From an uncultured Methylomirabilota bacterium (GTDB lineage Bacteria > Methylomirabilota > Methylomirabilia > Methylomirabilales > 2-02-FULL-66-22), in assembly GCA_963705305.1 (NCBI GenBank), contig OY970067.1, positions 3,808,001-3,872,000 of the forward strand: a stretch of DNA of 64,000 bases. Reading direction: 5' to 3'. The notes under the pieces are model-generated. The model saw nothing but the letters and a program-made list of their open reading frames with translations, made no database searches and was not told the DNA's origin. A program made the translations under genes and the position numbers. Positions 52,195-63,976 of this stretch are shown in pieces (the stretch's first letter is position 1; each line of letters starts with the position of its first letter).

Positions 52195-53151
52195 ATGACG
52201 GAACACATCCTGGTCGTGGATGACGAGGCAGCCAATCGCGAGCTCTTGGAGGCAATACTGGAGCGAGCAGGCTACAAGGTCAGCCTGGCTCCGGACGGCC
52301 CAGCGGCGCTGGCGCAAGTAGCCAGCGATCCTCCCGACCTGCTGCTCCTGGACCTGCTGATGCCTGGGATGCATGGGCAGGAGGTGATCCGTCGACTCCG
52401 GGACGACCCCGCCACCGCGTCCCTTCCGATCATCGTAGTGACAGCTGTCGGCCAAGTCACCGTCAAGGAGGCCACCCTGACCGGCGGGGCCGACGACTTC
52501 GTCACCAAGCCGGTTCGGGCCGACGACCTCATCGTCCGTGTCCGGGCCATGCTGGGCGTCCGAAGCATCCGGGCCGCCCTGGACCGGACGCTGGCCTACT
52601 TGCATGAGCTGGAGGCCGGGCGGCACGCCAGGCGCCGCGCCGTCCTGGAAGAGTTGGGAGCCGGATCCCTGCCGCCAACCTCAGGAGATCCCGGCATCCC
52701 GATCCTTCTCATCGACGACGAAGAGCTCACCCGCCAGTTCTACGGTGATCTGTTGGCGGAGCACGGGTTTTGGGTCTTTGCGGCGAGCTCGGGAGCGGAG
52801 GGGCTGGAACTCATTCGCCGCCATCGCGTCGAGGTCGTCGTCCTGGACATCCAGATGCCCGGGATGTCCGGTCTCGAGGTCCTGGGCCGCCTGCGGGAGG
52901 AGGAGCCCTACCTGCCGGTAATCATGCTGACCGGCCATCCGACCTCCCAGGCTGCCATCGCCTCCCTCAAACTGGGAGCGTTCGATTTCATCGTCAAAGG
53001 CCTGGACCATAGCTTGGTGGTACTCGCCGTGCATCGAGCCGTGCGCTTTCGGCGAGAAACCCTCCACCAGAAAGAAGAGGTGGAAGGCCTCCGCGAGCGG
53101 CTTGCCCGGCTGGGGGGGACGCCGACCGGCGGGGAGGCGGGCCAGTCGTGA
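52195..53151 (+). CDS. Response regulator with two receiver domains
   Basis: ILVVDDE/LLDLLMP/TKP and ILLIDDE/VLDIQMP. Confidence 0.9.
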   Translation: MTEHILVVDDEAANRELLEAILERAGYKVSLAPDGPAALAQVASDPPDLLLLDLLMPGMHGQEVIRRLRDDPATASLPIIVVTAVGQVTVKEATLTGGADDFVTKPVRADDLIVRVRAMLGVRSIRAALDRTLAYLHELEAGRHARRRAVLEELGAGSLPPTSGDPGIPILLIDDEELTRQFYGDLLAEHGFWVFAASSGAEGLELIRRHRVEVVVLDIQMPGMSGLEVLGRLREEEPYLPVIMLTGHPTSQAAIASLKLGAFDFIVKGLDHSLVVLAVHRAVRFRRETLHQKEEVEGLRERLARLGGTPTGGEAGQS

Positions 53152-53233
53152 CGGCGCCTCATGCAGGATAAGCAATCGGCCGTTTCGGGTCCCTCGGGGA
53201 GCGGGGGACCTGGCTGAAAGATAGGAGGTACCC

Positions 53234-54037
53234 ATGATTCGGCGAGCAGCGGTAGCCGGGACCTTCTACGCGGGAACGCGGCAGCAGCTGCGGCTCCAGG
53301 TAGAGGACCTCCTGTCGCGAGAGGCAGCGCCGACGCCGGCCATCGGCGTCGTGGTCCCCCACGCCGGCTATACCTACTCGGGGCGCGTGGCCGGCGCCGT
53401 CTATTCACGGGTGAGCCTGCCGGATACGGTGGTCATCCTGGGTCCGAATCATACTGGATTGGGCGCCGGGGCGGCAATCATGACGGCGGGTGAGTGGGAG
53501 ACCCCGCTCGGCCCCGTCCGGATCGATACGGATCTGGCGCGGGCGATCCTGGCCAACGCCAGGGTGCTGGAGGAAGATCACCTGGGACATCTCCGCGAAC
53601 ACTCGATCGAAGTCCAGCTGCCCCTCCTGCAGTACTTCAAGCCGGCCATTACCTTCGTTCCGATTTGTCTCTTCAGCCACGAATATGGTGCGTGCTGTGA
53701 CGTTGGCCAGGCCGTGGCCGCCGGTCTGCGTTCCGCCGGAAAGAATGCCCTGCTGATCGCCAGCACGGACATGAGCCATTACGTTTCGCGCGAACAGGCC
53801 GCGCTCAAGGACCGGATGGCGATCGAGGCCATCCTGGCGTTGGACCCGGAGAGGCTGCACCGGGTCGTCCGGCAAGAAGGCATCAGCATGTGCGGGTTTC
53901 ATCCGACCGCGGCCATGCTGGTGGCGGCCAAGGCGCTGGGGGCCACGCAGGCGGAATTGGTGCTCCACACAGACTCCGGCGAGGTGACCCGGAACACCTC
54001 CGAGGTAGTCGCATACGCCGGCCTGGTGGTTCGCTGA
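53234..54037 (+). CDS. AmmeMemoRadiSam system protein B (Memo)
   Basis: RRAAVAGTFY, PHAGY.YSG, EHSIEVQLP, STDMSHY, MCG. Confidence 0.93.
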   Translation: MIRRAAVAGTFYAGTRQQLRLQVEDLLSREAAPTPAIGVVVPHAGYTYSGRVAGAVYSRVSLPDTVVILGPNHTGLGAGAAIMTAGEWETPLGPVRIDTDLARAILANARVLEEDHLGHLREHSIEVQLPLLQYFKPAITFVPICLFSHEYGACCDVGQAVAAGLRSAGKNALLIASTDMSHYVSREQAALKDRMAIEAILALDPERLHRVVRQEGISMCGFHPTAAMLVAAKALGATQAELVLHTDSGEVTRNTSEVVAYAGLVVR

Positions 54038-54235
54038 GGCCTTCGATGCAACAGGTCGGCGGCGAGCGCACCGGCTCAGGTCTTCGGGCGGAGCGGGCGA
54101 ACAAAGCCATGGGTGGGAAGAAGAGGCGATCGCATTTGCGAATCGAGGCACAGCGGCTGCCCGGGTGAACACCCCCCGCCGCGCTGCGGTCGGACGGCCA
54201 CAGGCCATACAAGGTCATTTGAGTCCTCTTCGGGG

Positions 54236-54264
54236 TTGACGCCATCCCGCAGACCGCGTAAAAT
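54236..54264 (+). promoter_or_regulatory. Putative sigma70 promoter
   Basis: TTGACG-17 nt-TAAAAT. Confidence 0.6.
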
Positions 54265-54356
54265 CCCGCAGACCCTAAGGGTGCCGAATCCCCGCGAAAT
54301 ACCGCGAAGCCCGAGTGAGCCTCGACGGAGGCTGAGACCAGAAGGAGGGGAGCGAG

Positions 54357-54698
54357 ATGACATATATCGTCGCCGAGCCGTGCATCGGGACCAAGGATCA
54401 CGCCTGCGTGGATGTGTGTCCCGTGGAGTGCTTCTACGAGGGGGAGGATATGCTGTACATCCACCCCGAGGAATGTATCGACTGCGGGGCATGCGTTCCC
54501 GAGTGCCCGGTGGCGGCGATCTTCGAGGAGAGCGATACCCCCGAACAGTGGAAAGATTACATCGCCAAGAACGCGGACATCTTCAAGGAAAATCCGAACC
54601 TCCCCAAGGCCCCCACCCGCGAGAAGTGGGAGGAAATGAAGAAAGCGCCCGACAGCGAGGCGGCAAAGTACTACGAGAAATACCCGCCCAAGTCCTAA
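54357..54698 (+). CDS. 7Fe ferredoxin (FdxA type)
   Basis: [29 protein letters not shown]. Confidence 0.93.
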   Translation: MTYIVAEPCIGTKDHACVDVCPVECFYEGEDMLYIHPEECIDCGACVPECPVAAIFEESDTPEQWKDYIAKNADIFKENPNLPKAPTREKWEEMKKAPDSEAAKYYEKYPPKS

Positions 54699-54728
54699 AC
54701 GTTGCCCCCACCCTCGATGAGCATGCGT

Positions 54729-54772
54729 CGGCGCCCAGGCGATTCCGAAAGGATGCCTGGGCGCCGCTTTTT
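54729..54772 (+). terminator. Intrinsic terminator
   Basis: CGGCGCCCAGGC...GCCTGGGCGCCG-CTTTTT. Confidence 0.85.
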
Positions 54773-55024
54773 GTTGGCGCCGCGAGCCGTTGGCCCGATC
54801 ATCGGTTCCGAGCGGAATCTCATGCGTTGGATGAGGCGGGGATACCGGGTGAAAGTGACGGTTGAAGTTCCACGGCAGACCTCTGACGCCGCGTCAGATT
54901 TTGCCGGAAGCCAACGAAAGGCGGCCTCTCCTCGTGCGGCGGCTCGGGCAGCGCAGCGGAGACGGCGGGCCCGCAGCTGGTGGAGTTGCCGGAGAGACGC
55001 GCCGGCGGGGATGCGGGCGGTGGG

Positions 55025-55627
55025 CTACGTGCCCGCGTGGGGCGGGGGATCCGTCGGCCGGGACTGCGGCAGTTGTGCGAGCCAGGGCCGGGCGGCTCGA
55101 AGGCCGAGGCGCGCGATTCCCCACCCGAGCAGGCCGCCGAAGAGGGCGCCGGCCAGGACGTTGCCGGGGTAGTGGACGCCCAGATACACCCGCGAGTAGC
55201 CCACCCCGGCGGCCAGGACGAGCAGGGTCCAGCGCCACCGCCAGCGGGAAGCCCACACGACGCCTGCCAGGGCGAACATGTTGCTGGCGTGATTGGAGGG
55301 CATCGAGAACGACCGGGTGCAGCCGGCCAGCAGGTGGATGGCGGCGATGGCCTGGCAGGGGCGAATCCGCTGCGCAATCCCTTTGAAGAGGTCCGCGCCC
55401 AGGTCACTCAGACCGACGGCGATGCCGGCCGCAGCGACGAGGAGCCACGCGCTTCGGTCTCCCCGGCGCCAGAGCAGCGCCAGAGCCAGCAGGACGGGGA
55501 GGACCAGGGAGCGCTTGTCGCTCAAGACGGGCATCACGATATCGAAGAGCGGGTTCCGCAGGGACTGGTTGACCAGCAGGAACAGGCGGGTATCGAGGGC
55601 TCGGAGCAAGGCGGCAATGTCGGACAT
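55025..55627 (-). CDS. PAP2 family phosphatase
   Basis: K..RIRP, SMPSNH, SRVYLGVHYP. Confidence 0.88.
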   Translation of the reverse strand: MSDIAALLRALDTRLFLLVNQSLRNPLFDIVMPVLSDKRSLVLPVLLALALLWRRGDRSAWLLVAAAGIAVGLSDLGADLFKGIAQRIRPCQAIAAIHLLAGCTRSFSMPSNHASNMFALAGVVWASRWRWRWTLLVLAAGVGYSRVYLGVHYPGNVLAGALFGGLLGWGIARLGLRAARPWLAQLPQSRPTDPPPHAGT

Positions 55628-55635
55628 GGCGCGCC

Positions 55636-56619
55636 TCAGGCCTCGATTCGCTTGGCGGTGTGCTCGTTGAGCAGGAAGGCCAGACCCCCCAGGCTGCTCA
55701 CGACGAGGGTAAGCGAGAACCAGATGAGCGACATGCTGAGGGCCGTCGCCGGGTCCACGCCCGCTTTCCCGAAAAAGTAGACGACGCCACCCTCACGAAC
55801 CCCCAGGCCGGCCACCGAGACGGGGAGCATGGACAGCACCGTGATCAGGGGAACATACAAAAAGAAGTAGGCCAGGGGCACGCCCAGCCTCAGCCCGGCG
55901 CCCACCAGGTAGTAGGTGACGATGATCAGCGCCTGCAACACCAGAGAAAGGACCAGCGCCTGGCCCACCGCCCACCGATGCCCGCGGTAGCGATGGAGGG
56001 CATCCATCAGCCCCTGCAGCTTGACTTGGAAGCGTGTCAGGCCCACCATCCGCAGGACCCCCGCCATCCGCTCTTGCGGGCTGTTGTGGAGCAAGAAGGC
56101 GACCAGCACGAAGAACGCCACGGCGATCGCCAGGATCATTCCCGCCACCAGCGGGTCATGAATCCTCCGGTAGGCAAGGGCCAGCGCCACCACGGCGATC
56201 GAGACGAGGGCCACGAAACCGGAAAGCCGATCCACCAGGATGGAAGCGATGGAGGCCTGGTGTCCCCGCGTGATCTTGTAGATGGAGTAGCCCCGCACGA
56301 TGTCTCCGCCGATGAGGGTCGGAAGGAAGAGGTTGAAGAACGCCCCCTCGAAATACACCAGGCCCACGCGCCAGATGGGGAGGCGGATGTCCTCGGCCAG
56401 CAGCAGGCGCTGCCAGCGGACAACACTGATCACGTACCCGAGGAAGTAGAGACCCGCGCATCCGAGGAAGAGGGACAGAGGCAGGGATTGGATGGTGCGG
56501 AGGAGGACGGTCCGGTCCGCGCGCCAGAAGAGAAATGCCAGCAGCAGCCCGCTGACCGTCAGCTTGCCGGCGAAGACCAGGCGTCGGGCCGGCCGCGGCG
56601 GCGAGGAGGGCGGCATCAC
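55636..56619 (-). CDS. LPG synthase TM / flippase-like domain protein
   Basis: RWQRLL, FFNLFLPTLIGGD, GLGVREG. Confidence 0.88.
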   Translation of the reverse strand: MMPPSSPPRPARRLVFAGKLTVSGLLLAFLFWRADRTVLLRTIQSLPLSLFLGCAGLYFLGYVISVVRWQRLLLAEDIRLPIWRVGLVYFEGAFFNLFLPTLIGGDIVRGYSIYKITRGHQASIASILVDRLSGFVALVSIAVVALALAYRRIHDPLVAGMILAIAVAFFVLVAFLLHNSPQERMAGVLRMVGLTRFQVKLQGLMDALHRYRGHRWAVGQALVLSLVLQALIIVTYYLVGAGLRLGVPLAYFFLYVPLITVLSMLPVSVAGLGVREGGVVYFFGKAGVDPATALSMSLIWFSLTLVVSSLGGLAFLLNEHTAKRIEA

Positions 56620-57593
56620 GCCTCCGGCGCGGGGCGGCCCGCCACCCGTTTGACCATGTAGATCGGCTTGCGCTGGGATTCGTGGTAGATCCGGACCAGC
56701 ATCTCCCCCAGCAGTCCCATGACGATGAACTGGACCCCCACCACAATGAGCAGAATCGCCAGGAAGAGCAGCGGGCGATTGCCGATGTGCGCCCCCAGGA
56801 ACAGCTTGAGGAGGCTGAGGTAGAGGCCGATGAGGATGCCGATGCCGGAGGCCAGCATGCCGAGCATGCCGAACACCTGGATGGGCTTGGTGGCAAAGCT
56901 CAACAGAAACTTCACCGTGAGAAGGTCCAGGATCACCCGCAGGGTCCGGCCGATCCCGTACTTGGATTGACCGTAGCGCCGGGGCCGGTGGTGCGTCTCG
57001 ACTTCGGTCAAGGTGATTCCCATCCAGCTGGCGATGGCGGGGATGAAGCGATGCATCTCCCCGTACAGGTGCAGATGCTCCACCACCTCCCGGCGGTAGG
57101 CCTTCAGCGTGCAGCCATAGTCATGGAGTCGGACACCCGTGACCCGGGAAATGACCCAGTTGGCCACCTGCGAGGGCAGGCGCCGGCTGAGGAAGGGATC
57201 CCGCCGCTGGTGGCGCCAGCCGCTGACCACATCGTAGTCCCGGGCCAAGGTCAGCAATCGCGGGATGTCCGCCGGATCGTTCTGGAGGTCGGCGTCCAGG
57301 GTAACGATCACTTCCCCACGGGCGTGGTCGAAGCCGGCGGACATGGCCGCTGTTTGCCCGAAGTTTCGACGCAGTCCCACCAGGATCCAGCGTTGGTCCT
57401 GCGCCCGCAGCCGCTCCAGACAAGTCCAGGATCCATCCGCCGAGCCGTCGTCGACCGCGATCACCTCGTAGGCGAGCCCCAGCGGATCCAACGCCTGCCT
57501 GATCTCGTCGGCCAGGAGCGGAAGGTTCTGCTCTTCGTTGAAGACCGGGATGACGAGGGAGAGGAGCGGCGCAGTCGCAGGGGGCACGTGCAT
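56616..57593 (-). CDS. GT2 polyprenol-phosphate glycosyltransferase (ArnC/DPM-like)
   Basis: IPVFNE, DDGS, RNFGQ, DADLQNDP. Confidence 0.92.
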   Translation of the reverse strand: MHVPPATAPLLSLVIPVFNEEQNLPLLADEIRQALDPLGLAYEVIAVDDGSADGSWTCLERLRAQDQRWILVGLRRNFGQTAAMSAGFDHARGEVIVTLDADLQNDPADIPRLLTLARDYDVVSGWRHQRRDPFLSRRLPSQVANWVISRVTGVRLHDYGCTLKAYRREVVEHLHLYGEMHRFIPAIASWMGITLTEVETHHRPRRYGQSKYGIGRTLRVILDLLTVKFLLSFATKPIQVFGMLGMLASGIGILIGLYLSLLKLFLGAHIGNRPLLFLAILLIVVGVQFIVMGLLGEMLVRIYHESQRKPIYMVKRVAGRPAPEA

Positions 57594-57597
57594 CTCC

Positions 57598-59127
57598 TCA
57601 GAAGCCGGCGAACGGCTGGGCCGGGAATCCCCGGAAATCCCGTCCCCAGAAGATGGAGAAATCACGGAGGTGCTCTCCTCGATAGTCGAACGGCACGACG
57701 CGCACCCTCTCGACTTCCCGGAAGGCCGCTCCAAGCTGCGGAGGCGGCTCGCCGGCACCATAGGTGACAAACAGGCCGTCGCGTCCGCGAAGCGCCTCCC
57801 AGCCGCCCCAGAGGTCGTACTGGTTCATGCGCCGGCCCAGGTTGGCGTTGTACACCCGGGGATGCCCCGGGACGTAGAACGCCAGCTCGCTGGAGATCTG
57901 ATACCGGTCGCTCACCAGGAACGTCCCGTCGGGTGCAGTCCGAAGCGCCTGGCCCACCGCCTGGCCCAGCTGGGGCCATCCCCGCAGCCGCTTGCTCACC
58001 AGATCCACGGCGGCGGGAAGCCGGGCGCCCAGAATTGCCAGCATGTCGGGGAACACGGCCACCGGCACCAGCAGGGCCGGCAGAATTATAGAGGCCAGGA
58101 GGAATTGCTTCAAGCGTCGCGTCTCGCGGTGCCTGGGGCCGTGCTCCGGCCAGCTGGCACACCAGCCTGCAGCGGCGATGGCGGCCGTGAAATAGGCATG
58201 AGCCGCCCAGTTGGCTTGGACCTTGACGACAAAGCTCCAGACCTGGAAGAAGAGCAGAACGGGCGCTGACAGGAAGACGAGCAGCTGAATGTCATCTCGA
58301 TCCCGCCGGATCCCCTCCCGCCACGCCCAGATCAGCCCGAGGACGAGCAGGGCGAAGAGCAGGGGAGTGACCAGCCCGAGCTGCGTCGCGAGGAATTCCG
58401 GGCCTCCCAGCAGGGAGACCAGCACCCCTCGTGCGCCGCGCCCTGCGGCCTGGGTCAGAACGTGGCGCCCCGAGAGCCATCCGTGGCGCGCGTTCCAGAC
58501 GATGACCGGGCTGAAGATCAGGAGGCCCAGCACGGTGGCTTCGTATGGCTCGCGCCGGAGGAGCCAGGGGCGCAGGCGAGGCGAGCACAGGAGCCACAGG
58601 AAGACGCACGGCAGCAGCATGAGCATGGTGTACTTGGCGAGCAGGCCGATCCCCAGAGCCGCGCCGGCACCGTACCAGGCGAGCTCGCCGCGGCGCTCGA
58701 TCGCCCGGCATAGGCACAGGGCGGCCAGCGCCCAGCAGAAGACGAAGGGGGCGTCGATGGTCATGAGGAAGGAGCCGGCAATGTAGAGCGGCATGACGCT
58801 GAGAAAGAGGACGCTCAAGAAACCGGCCCGCTCGCTCTGAAAGATGCGGCGCGCCACGAGGTAGGCCAGCAGGGCCGAGCCGGTCCCCAGCAGGACCGCC
58901 GGAAGGCGCACCCAGAAGGCGCTGGTGCCGCCCAGGCGCGTGCTCAGGGCAATCAGGTAGGCCACCATGGGTCCCTTGCTGTAATAGCTCCAGTCCAGGC
59001 GGCGGGACCACTCCCAATAGTGGGCCTCGTCGGGTGACAAGGGCCAGCGGCCTCCGCTGATCAGCCAGAAGTGGAACAGGGTCAGCCCCAGGATCCACAC
59101 CAGGGTCAACTTGCGGTAGGAGATCAT
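57598..59127 (-). CDS. ArnT/GT39-type integral membrane glycosyltransferase
   Basis: [21 protein letters not shown]. Confidence 0.9.
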   Translation of the reverse strand: MISYRKLTLVWILGLTLFHFWLISGGRWPLSPDEAHYWEWSRRLDWSYYSKGPMVAYLIALSTRLGGTSAFWVRLPAVLLGTGSALLAYLVARRIFQSERAGFLSVLFLSVMPLYIAGSFLMTIDAPFVFCWALAALCLCRAIERRGELAWYGAGAALGIGLLAKYTMLMLLPCVFLWLLCSPRLRPWLLRREPYEATVLGLLIFSPVIVWNARHGWLSGRHVLTQAAGRGARGVLVSLLGGPEFLATQLGLVTPLLFALLVLGLIWAWREGIRRDRDDIQLLVFLSAPVLLFFQVWSFVVKVQANWAAHAYFTAAIAAAGWCASWPEHGPRHRETRRLKQFLLASIILPALLVPVAVFPDMLAILGARLPAAVDLVSKRLRGWPQLGQAVGQALRTAPDGTFLVSDRYQISSELAFYVPGHPRVYNANLGRRMNQYDLWGGWEALRGRDGLFVTYGAGEPPPQLGAAFREVERVRVVPFDYRGEHLRDFSIFWGRDFRGFPAQPFAGF

Positions 59128-59218
59128 GCAGCCAAGCCCCCCGCGGCAGGGTCGGCCCCCTCAGGCACGGGCGACGGGTCCGGGACCGGGGCAGGTCCGA
59201 ACGGGCCCGCCGTCCGGC

Positions 59219-59740
59219 TCACGCCCCACCGTCCCGCAGCCGGCGATCCTTGGCGGCCACGTCGGCGGCCATGCGCGCCCGATGCTGGAGGAGCCGCCGG
59301 CGGAGCCGGGCGTCGCCGAGCGCCAGAATTTGGATGGCCAGCAGGGCGGCGTTCCTGGCCCCGGCCCGCCCGATGGCGACGGTGGCGACCGGCACGCCCG
59401 CCGGCATCTGGACGGTGGCCAGCAGAGCGTCCAGTCCGCCCAGGGATCCTCCCTCCATGGGCACACCGATGACGGGCAGGGTCGCATGGGCCGCGACGAC
59501 GCCGGCCAGATGGGCGGCTCCGCCGGCGCCGGCGATCAGGACGCGCAGGCCGCGGCCCGCCGCCTCCCGCGCGTAGCGCATCACCCGCTCGGGGGTGCGA
59601 TGCGCGGACAAGATGTGGACCTCGGCAGGAACGTCGAACTCCTGCAGCATCTTGAGGGCATCCTGCATGGTGGGGAGGTCGGAATCGCTGCCCATGAGGA
59701 TGCCGACCAGGGGGGATCGGAGTGCGTGTGCGCGCGGCAT
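59219..59740 (-). CDS. purE: N5-CAIR mutase
   Basis: [32 protein letters not shown]. Confidence 0.96.
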   Translation of the reverse strand: MPRAHALRSPLVGILMGSDSDLPTMQDALKMLQEFDVPAEVHILSAHRTPERVMRYAREAAGRGLRVLIAGAGGAAHLAGVVAAHATLPVIGVPMEGGSLGGLDALLATVQMPAGVPVATVAIGRAGARNAALLAIQILALGDARLRRRLLQHRARMAADVAAKDRRLRDGGA

Positions 59741-59753
59741 GCTGCCTCCCACA

Positions 59754-61073
59754 TCAGTCGGCGGCGGCTCCCGGCGGTTCGGGCGCGGGCCCGGTCGGGG
59801 CCTCTCGGGTGAGGGCCTTTCGGCCGATGTCGGTCCGGTAATGGACCCCGTCCCAGCGGATCCTCTCCACGGCACGGTACGCGCGCCGCATGGCCTCGGA
59901 AACATCCGTCCCGATGGCGGTGACTCCGAGGACGCGGCCGCCGCTGGTGACAATCTTTCCTCCCACCAACGCCGTTCCGGCGTGGAATACCATGACATCT
60001 TTGAGGCGGGCAGCGGATCGTAATCCGGTGATGACCTTGCCGGTGTCATAGGGCCCCGGATAGCCGCCGGCCGCCATGACGACGCACACGGCCGCCTCGG
60101 GCCGCCAGCGGATGGCCACATCGTGCAGGCGTCCTTCCGCCAGCGCCTCCAGGATCGGCACCAGATCGCTTTCCATCTGCATCAAGAGGGGCTGGGCTTC
60201 CGGATCGCCGAAGCGCGCATTGAACTCCAGCACCTTCGGCTCGCCGTCCTTGATCATGAGGCCGGCGTACAGGATCCCCCGGTAGGGGCGGCCTTCGGCC
60301 GCCATGGCCTTCACGGTGGGGATCATGATCCGGTCCATGATCTTCTGGTGCACCTCCGGCGTCACCAGCGGGGCGGGGGAGTAGGCCCCCATCCCTCCGG
60401 TGTTGGGGCCCCGATCGTCATCGTTGACGGGTTTGTGATCCTGGGAGGAGGGCATGGGCAGGACGGTCTGGCCGTCCGTGAATGCCAGAAAGGAGACCTC
60501 CTCCCCGGTGAGAAATTCTTCCACCACGACCTTCTCACCGGCGTCGCCGAAGACGCGATCCTCCATGATCCGCTTGACGGTATCCGTCGCCTCGTCCACG
60601 CTGCGGCAGACGACGACTCCCTTGCCCGCGGCCAGCCCGTCGGCCTTCACTACGACGGGCGCTCCGACATCCTGAATGTAGCGCTTGGCGTCGTCGCTCC
60701 GGTAGAAGGTCTGGAAGAAGCCGGTTGGAATCTTGTACTTCTTCATCAGCCGTTTGGCGAAAACCTTGCTGCCCTCCAGGATGGCCGCCTGCCGGGAGGC
60801 CCCCACGACCCGCAAGCCGCGGCTCTCGAATTCGTCCACGATCCCCAGGGTGAGGGGGAGCTCCGGCCCAACCACCGTCAGGTCGATGCTCTTCCGGCCG
60901 GCGAAATCCGCCAGGCGCCTGATCTCCGAAGCATTGAGGTCCGTGCACTCTGCCAGCTCGGCGATGCCGGCGTTCCCCGGGGCCGCGTAGATGTGCGTGA
61001 CGCGCTGGCTCTGCTTGAGTTTCCAGACGAGGCTGTGTTCTCGTCCGCCTGCCCCCACAACCAACACTCGCAT
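59754..61073 (-). CDS. purD: Phosphoribosylamine-glycine ligase
   Basis: [34 protein letters not shown]. Confidence 0.97.
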   Translation of the reverse strand: MRVLVVGAGGREHSLVWKLKQSQRVTHIYAAPGNAGIAELAECTDLNASEIRRLADFAGRKSIDLTVVGPELPLTLGIVDEFESRGLRVVGASRQAAILEGSKVFAKRLMKKYKIPTGFFQTFYRSDDAKRYIQDVGAPVVVKADGLAAGKGVVVCRSVDEATDTVKRIMEDRVFGDAGEKVVVEEFLTGEEVSFLAFTDGQTVLPMPSSQDHKPVNDDDRGPNTGGMGAYSPAPLVTPEVHQKIMDRIMIPTVKAMAAEGRPYRGILYAGLMIKDGEPKVLEFNARFGDPEAQPLLMQMESDLVPILEALAEGRLHDVAIRWRPEAAVCVVMAAGGYPGPYDTGKVITGLRSAARLKDVMVFHAGTALVGGKIVTSGGRVLGVTAIGTDVSEAMRRAYRAVERIRWDGVHYRTDIGRKALTREAPTGPAPEPPGAAAD

Positions 61074-61110
61074 GGTGGCTCCGTTCTGGTAGCGCGGCCC
61101 CGTTCAGCCA

Positions 61111-62685
61111 TCAATGCCGGAAATGCCGCATGCCGGTGAACAGCATGACCATACCGCGCTCGTCCGCAGCGGCAACGACCTCTCCATCCCGGACCGAGCC
61201 GCCAGGCTGGATGATGGCGGTGACCCCCGCCTCTGCGGCGGCGTCCACGCCGTCCTGGAAGGGGAAGAACGCGTCCGAGGCCAGCACCGTCCCTCGGGTG
61301 GGGAAATTGGCCTTGCGCGTGGCCAGCGTGACCGAGTCGACCCGGCTCATCTGTCCGGCGCCGATCCCCACGGTGGCGTCCTCCACAGCCAGCACAATGG
61401 CGTTGGATTTCACGTGCTTGGCGACTGTCCAGGCGAAGCGCAGAGCGCGTAGCTCGGCCTCCGTAGGGGCGCGGCGGGTCATCACACGCGGGTCGGCCGT
61501 TCCCAGCAGGGTGGCATCCCGTTCCTGGACCAGCATTCCTCCGCTCACCCGACGGACCTCGTAGCTAGCGGCGGCCGCACGATCCCCGGCCGCCGGGAGG
61601 GGCAGCTCCACCAGACGGAGGTTCTTCTTGGCCGCCAGGCACGCCAGGGCCTCCGGGGCGAAGCTCGGGGCGATAACGGCCTCGGCGAAGGTGGAGGCAA
61701 TGGCGGCGGCCGTGTGCGGGTCCAGCGTCCGGTTGACCGCGATGATCCCCCCAAAGGCGGACACCGGGTCGGTGTCGCGGGCGCGGAGGTAGGCGGCATG
61801 TAGCTCGGCGGCTCGCGCCACCCCGCACGGATTAGTGTGCTTGATGATCGCCGCCACGGGCTCGTCGAACTCCTGGGCCAGCTCCCAGGCCGCCTGGAGG
61901 TCCAGCAGGTTGTTGTAGGACAGTTCCTTGCCCTGGAGCTGCCGGGCCGCCGCGAGGCCGCCGCGAAGGGACAGGTCTCTGTAGAAGGCAGCGCGCTGGT
62001 GCGGATTCTCCCCGTAGCGGAGGTCCTGAAGCTTTTCCAAGCGGAGGTGGAGCAGTGACGGGAGCGGGGTCCCTGCGGGCCCCTCCGCTCCGACCGTGAG
62101 CCCTTCCAGATAGCTGGCGATGAGACTGTCGTAGCGGGCGGTGTGCGCGAACGCCTTGCGCGCCAGCCGCAGGCGGGTTTCTCGTGCCAGGGCTCCCCCG
62201 GTCGCCCGCAGCTCTTCCAGGACCGCTGGATAGTCGTTCGGGTCGGTGATGGCAGCCACCGCTTCGAAGTTCTTCGCGGCCGACCGCAGCATGGCGGGCC
62301 CCCCGATGTCGATCTGCTCGACAGCCTCGCCGAGGGAGACGCCGGGATGGGCGATCGCAGCCTCGAAGGGATACAAGGTGATGGCCACCAGGTCGATAGG
62401 GGCGATGCCGTGGGCGGCCATCTGTCGTGTGTGCTCCGCATTTCCCCGGATGCCCAGAAGACCACCGTGAATGGCCGGGTGCAGGGTCTTCACCCGCCCG
62501 TCCAGCATCTCCGGGAAACCGGTGACCTGAGAGACATCCGTGACCGCCAGTCCGGCCGATCGGAGGAGGTGCGCGGTGCCGCCGGTGGAGATGAGTTCCA
62601 CCGACAGGCCGGCCAAGCCAGCGGCGAATTCGACCAGCCCCGTTTTCTCCGAGGCACTCAAGAGGGCGCGACGTACCTGCGTCAT
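61111..62685 (-). CDS. purH: Bifunctional AICAR transformylase/IMP cyclohydrolase
   Basis: [32 protein letters not shown]. Confidence 0.97.
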   Translation of the reverse strand: MTQVRRALLSASEKTGLVEFAAGLAGLSVELISTGGTAHLLRSAGLAVTDVSQVTGFPEMLDGRVKTLHPAIHGGLLGIRGNAEHTRQMAAHGIAPIDLVAITLYPFEAAIAHPGVSLGEAVEQIDIGGPAMLRSAAKNFEAVAAITDPNDYPAVLEELRATGGALARETRLRLARKAFAHTARYDSLIASYLEGLTVGAEGPAGTPLPSLLHLRLEKLQDLRYGENPHQRAAFYRDLSLRGGLAAARQLQGKELSYNNLLDLQAAWELAQEFDEPVAAIIKHTNPCGVARAAELHAAYLRARDTDPVSAFGGIIAVNRTLDPHTAAAIASTFAEAVIAPSFAPEALACLAAKKNLRLVELPLPAAGDRAAAASYEVRRVSGGMLVQERDATLLGTADPRVMTRRAPTEAELRALRFAWTVAKHVKSNAIVLAVEDATVGIGAGQMSRVDSVTLATRKANFPTRGTVLASDAFFPFQDGVDAAAEAGVTAIIQPGGSVRDGEVVAAADERGMVMLFTGMRHFRH

Positions 62686-62997
62686 CGGCTCACCGTGCGG
62701 ACGAGGTGTCGGCTGCCGCGGGGATCGCACATCCGGCGCCCGCGGGTGCCGGCAGCAGCCGCGCACCGAAAGAGAGCCCCGTTGCGGTCGGTCCGCCAAA
62801 ACACCGCTCGGGGGGTTCGGTGCATCATCGTTGCGGGGCGCGCCGTCTCACTGCGCAGCTTCCTGCGGACCGAGAGGACCGCGACAGGAACGGCTGAGGG
62901 AGTGCGGGAGAAGCCTGCGGACGCGCACGAAAACGGTACGGATGCTAACAGAAAGGCCGGAAAGCGGCAAGAAAAATTGGCCCCGGGGCGCGCCCTG

Positions 62998-63594
62998 TCA
63001 GGGCTGCTCTTGTTCAATCGGCACGCCGTCGCTGAAATGGTCGACGGTGAAGACCTGGATCTCCGCGCCGTGCCGCCAGGCATCCGGCGGGAGGCCGGCT
63101 TTGAGGCACGTCTGCCGGAGAAAAATCTCGCGGCCCCACCCGTATTCGGTCGCAACCTGGGGAAGCAGAAGGCCGTGCCGCGCCCCCTGGCGGATATAGA
63201 GGCCGTGGGTGCCGACCTGAATCGCGTTCGGGTCGCGCAGGGGCTGCAGGGGAGAGAGGACGGAAATCTCCAACTGGAGGTGGGAGAGCTCCTCTGCGGT
63301 GGCGGCGGGAAAGCGCGGATCCGATGTGGCGGCAGCAACGGCACAATGGGCCACCACCTCGGCCAGCGGCTGCACGGCTTGAATGAATCCAATGCACCCC
63401 CGCAGGGCGCCATCCTTGGTGAGGGTTACAAAAGCGGCCCCGGGGGCGTCCAGGACCGAGTCGGGGGGGTGCGAGGCGGCGGGGGGAAGTTTGCGAACAT
63501 GGCTGCGAATCGCCTGTCGGGCGATGGCGAGAAGGGTGGCGCGGTGCTGCGGAGACAGCACGGGGGCCGGATGCATATCAGCAGCTGGAGACAT
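62998..63594 (-). CDS. AmmeMemoRadiSam system protein A (AMMECR1)
   Basis: FVTL..LRGCIG, DPRF, EISVLS, LLLPQVA, CLKAG; start 63594 or 63576. Confidence 0.92.
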   Translation of the reverse strand: MSPAADMHPAPVLSPQHRATLLAIARQAIRSHVRKLPPAASHPPDSVLDAPGAAFVTLTKDGALRGCIGFIQAVQPLAEVVAHCAVAAATSDPRFPAATAEELSHLQLEISVLSPLQPLRDPNAIQVGTHGLYIRQGARHGLLLPQVATEYGWGREIFLRQTCLKAGLPPDAWRHGAEIQVFTVDHFSDGVPIEQEQP

Positions 63595-63920
63595 CGTCGG
63601 ACCGGGAGGGGTGCGGTGTGACGCGCCGCAGGGAGTGCCGGGCTCTCGAAAGGGACGCGGCGGGACGGGCCGAGACGGAGAGCGGCGCTCGGAGCGAGAC
63701 ATGAGAAGCGAATATGGGAAGGTGGGGGAGCATGCCGGTATTCACTGCGTGCCTCGTGCATCAACCCACGGGTGTATCCATTCCGGAGCGCATGAATGCT
63801 CCGGAATATATGCCAGACACCCCGGTTTTGCAATTGGTGGTTTCAACAGGCCCGGCCGAGACGGTTGCCCCGTGTCGATCGACGCCTGTGTCCGCTTGAC
63901 ACCCGGTATGTAGCGTGTTA

Positions 63921-63945
63921 AAAGCTGACGGAATCGGTCGGGAAT
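63921..63945. promoter_or_regulatory. IscR/Rrf2 type-1-like operator
   Basis: AAAGCTGAC-GGAATCG-GTCGGGAAT, downstream of TTGACA and upstream of the Rrf2 gene. Confidence 0.5.
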
Positions 63946-63976
63946 GCGTAATATTATTCGGTGAGGCAGGACAGGC

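Noticed and set aside
62690..62990. ZMP/ZTP riboswitch upstream of purH
   Set aside because: The conserved GACTGGCG and CGCCTGGGC elements were not found
63775..63812. ATTCCGGAGC/GCTCCGGAAT hairpin as an ncRNA
   Set aside because: Single isolated hairpin with no family features; may be a REP remnant or operator
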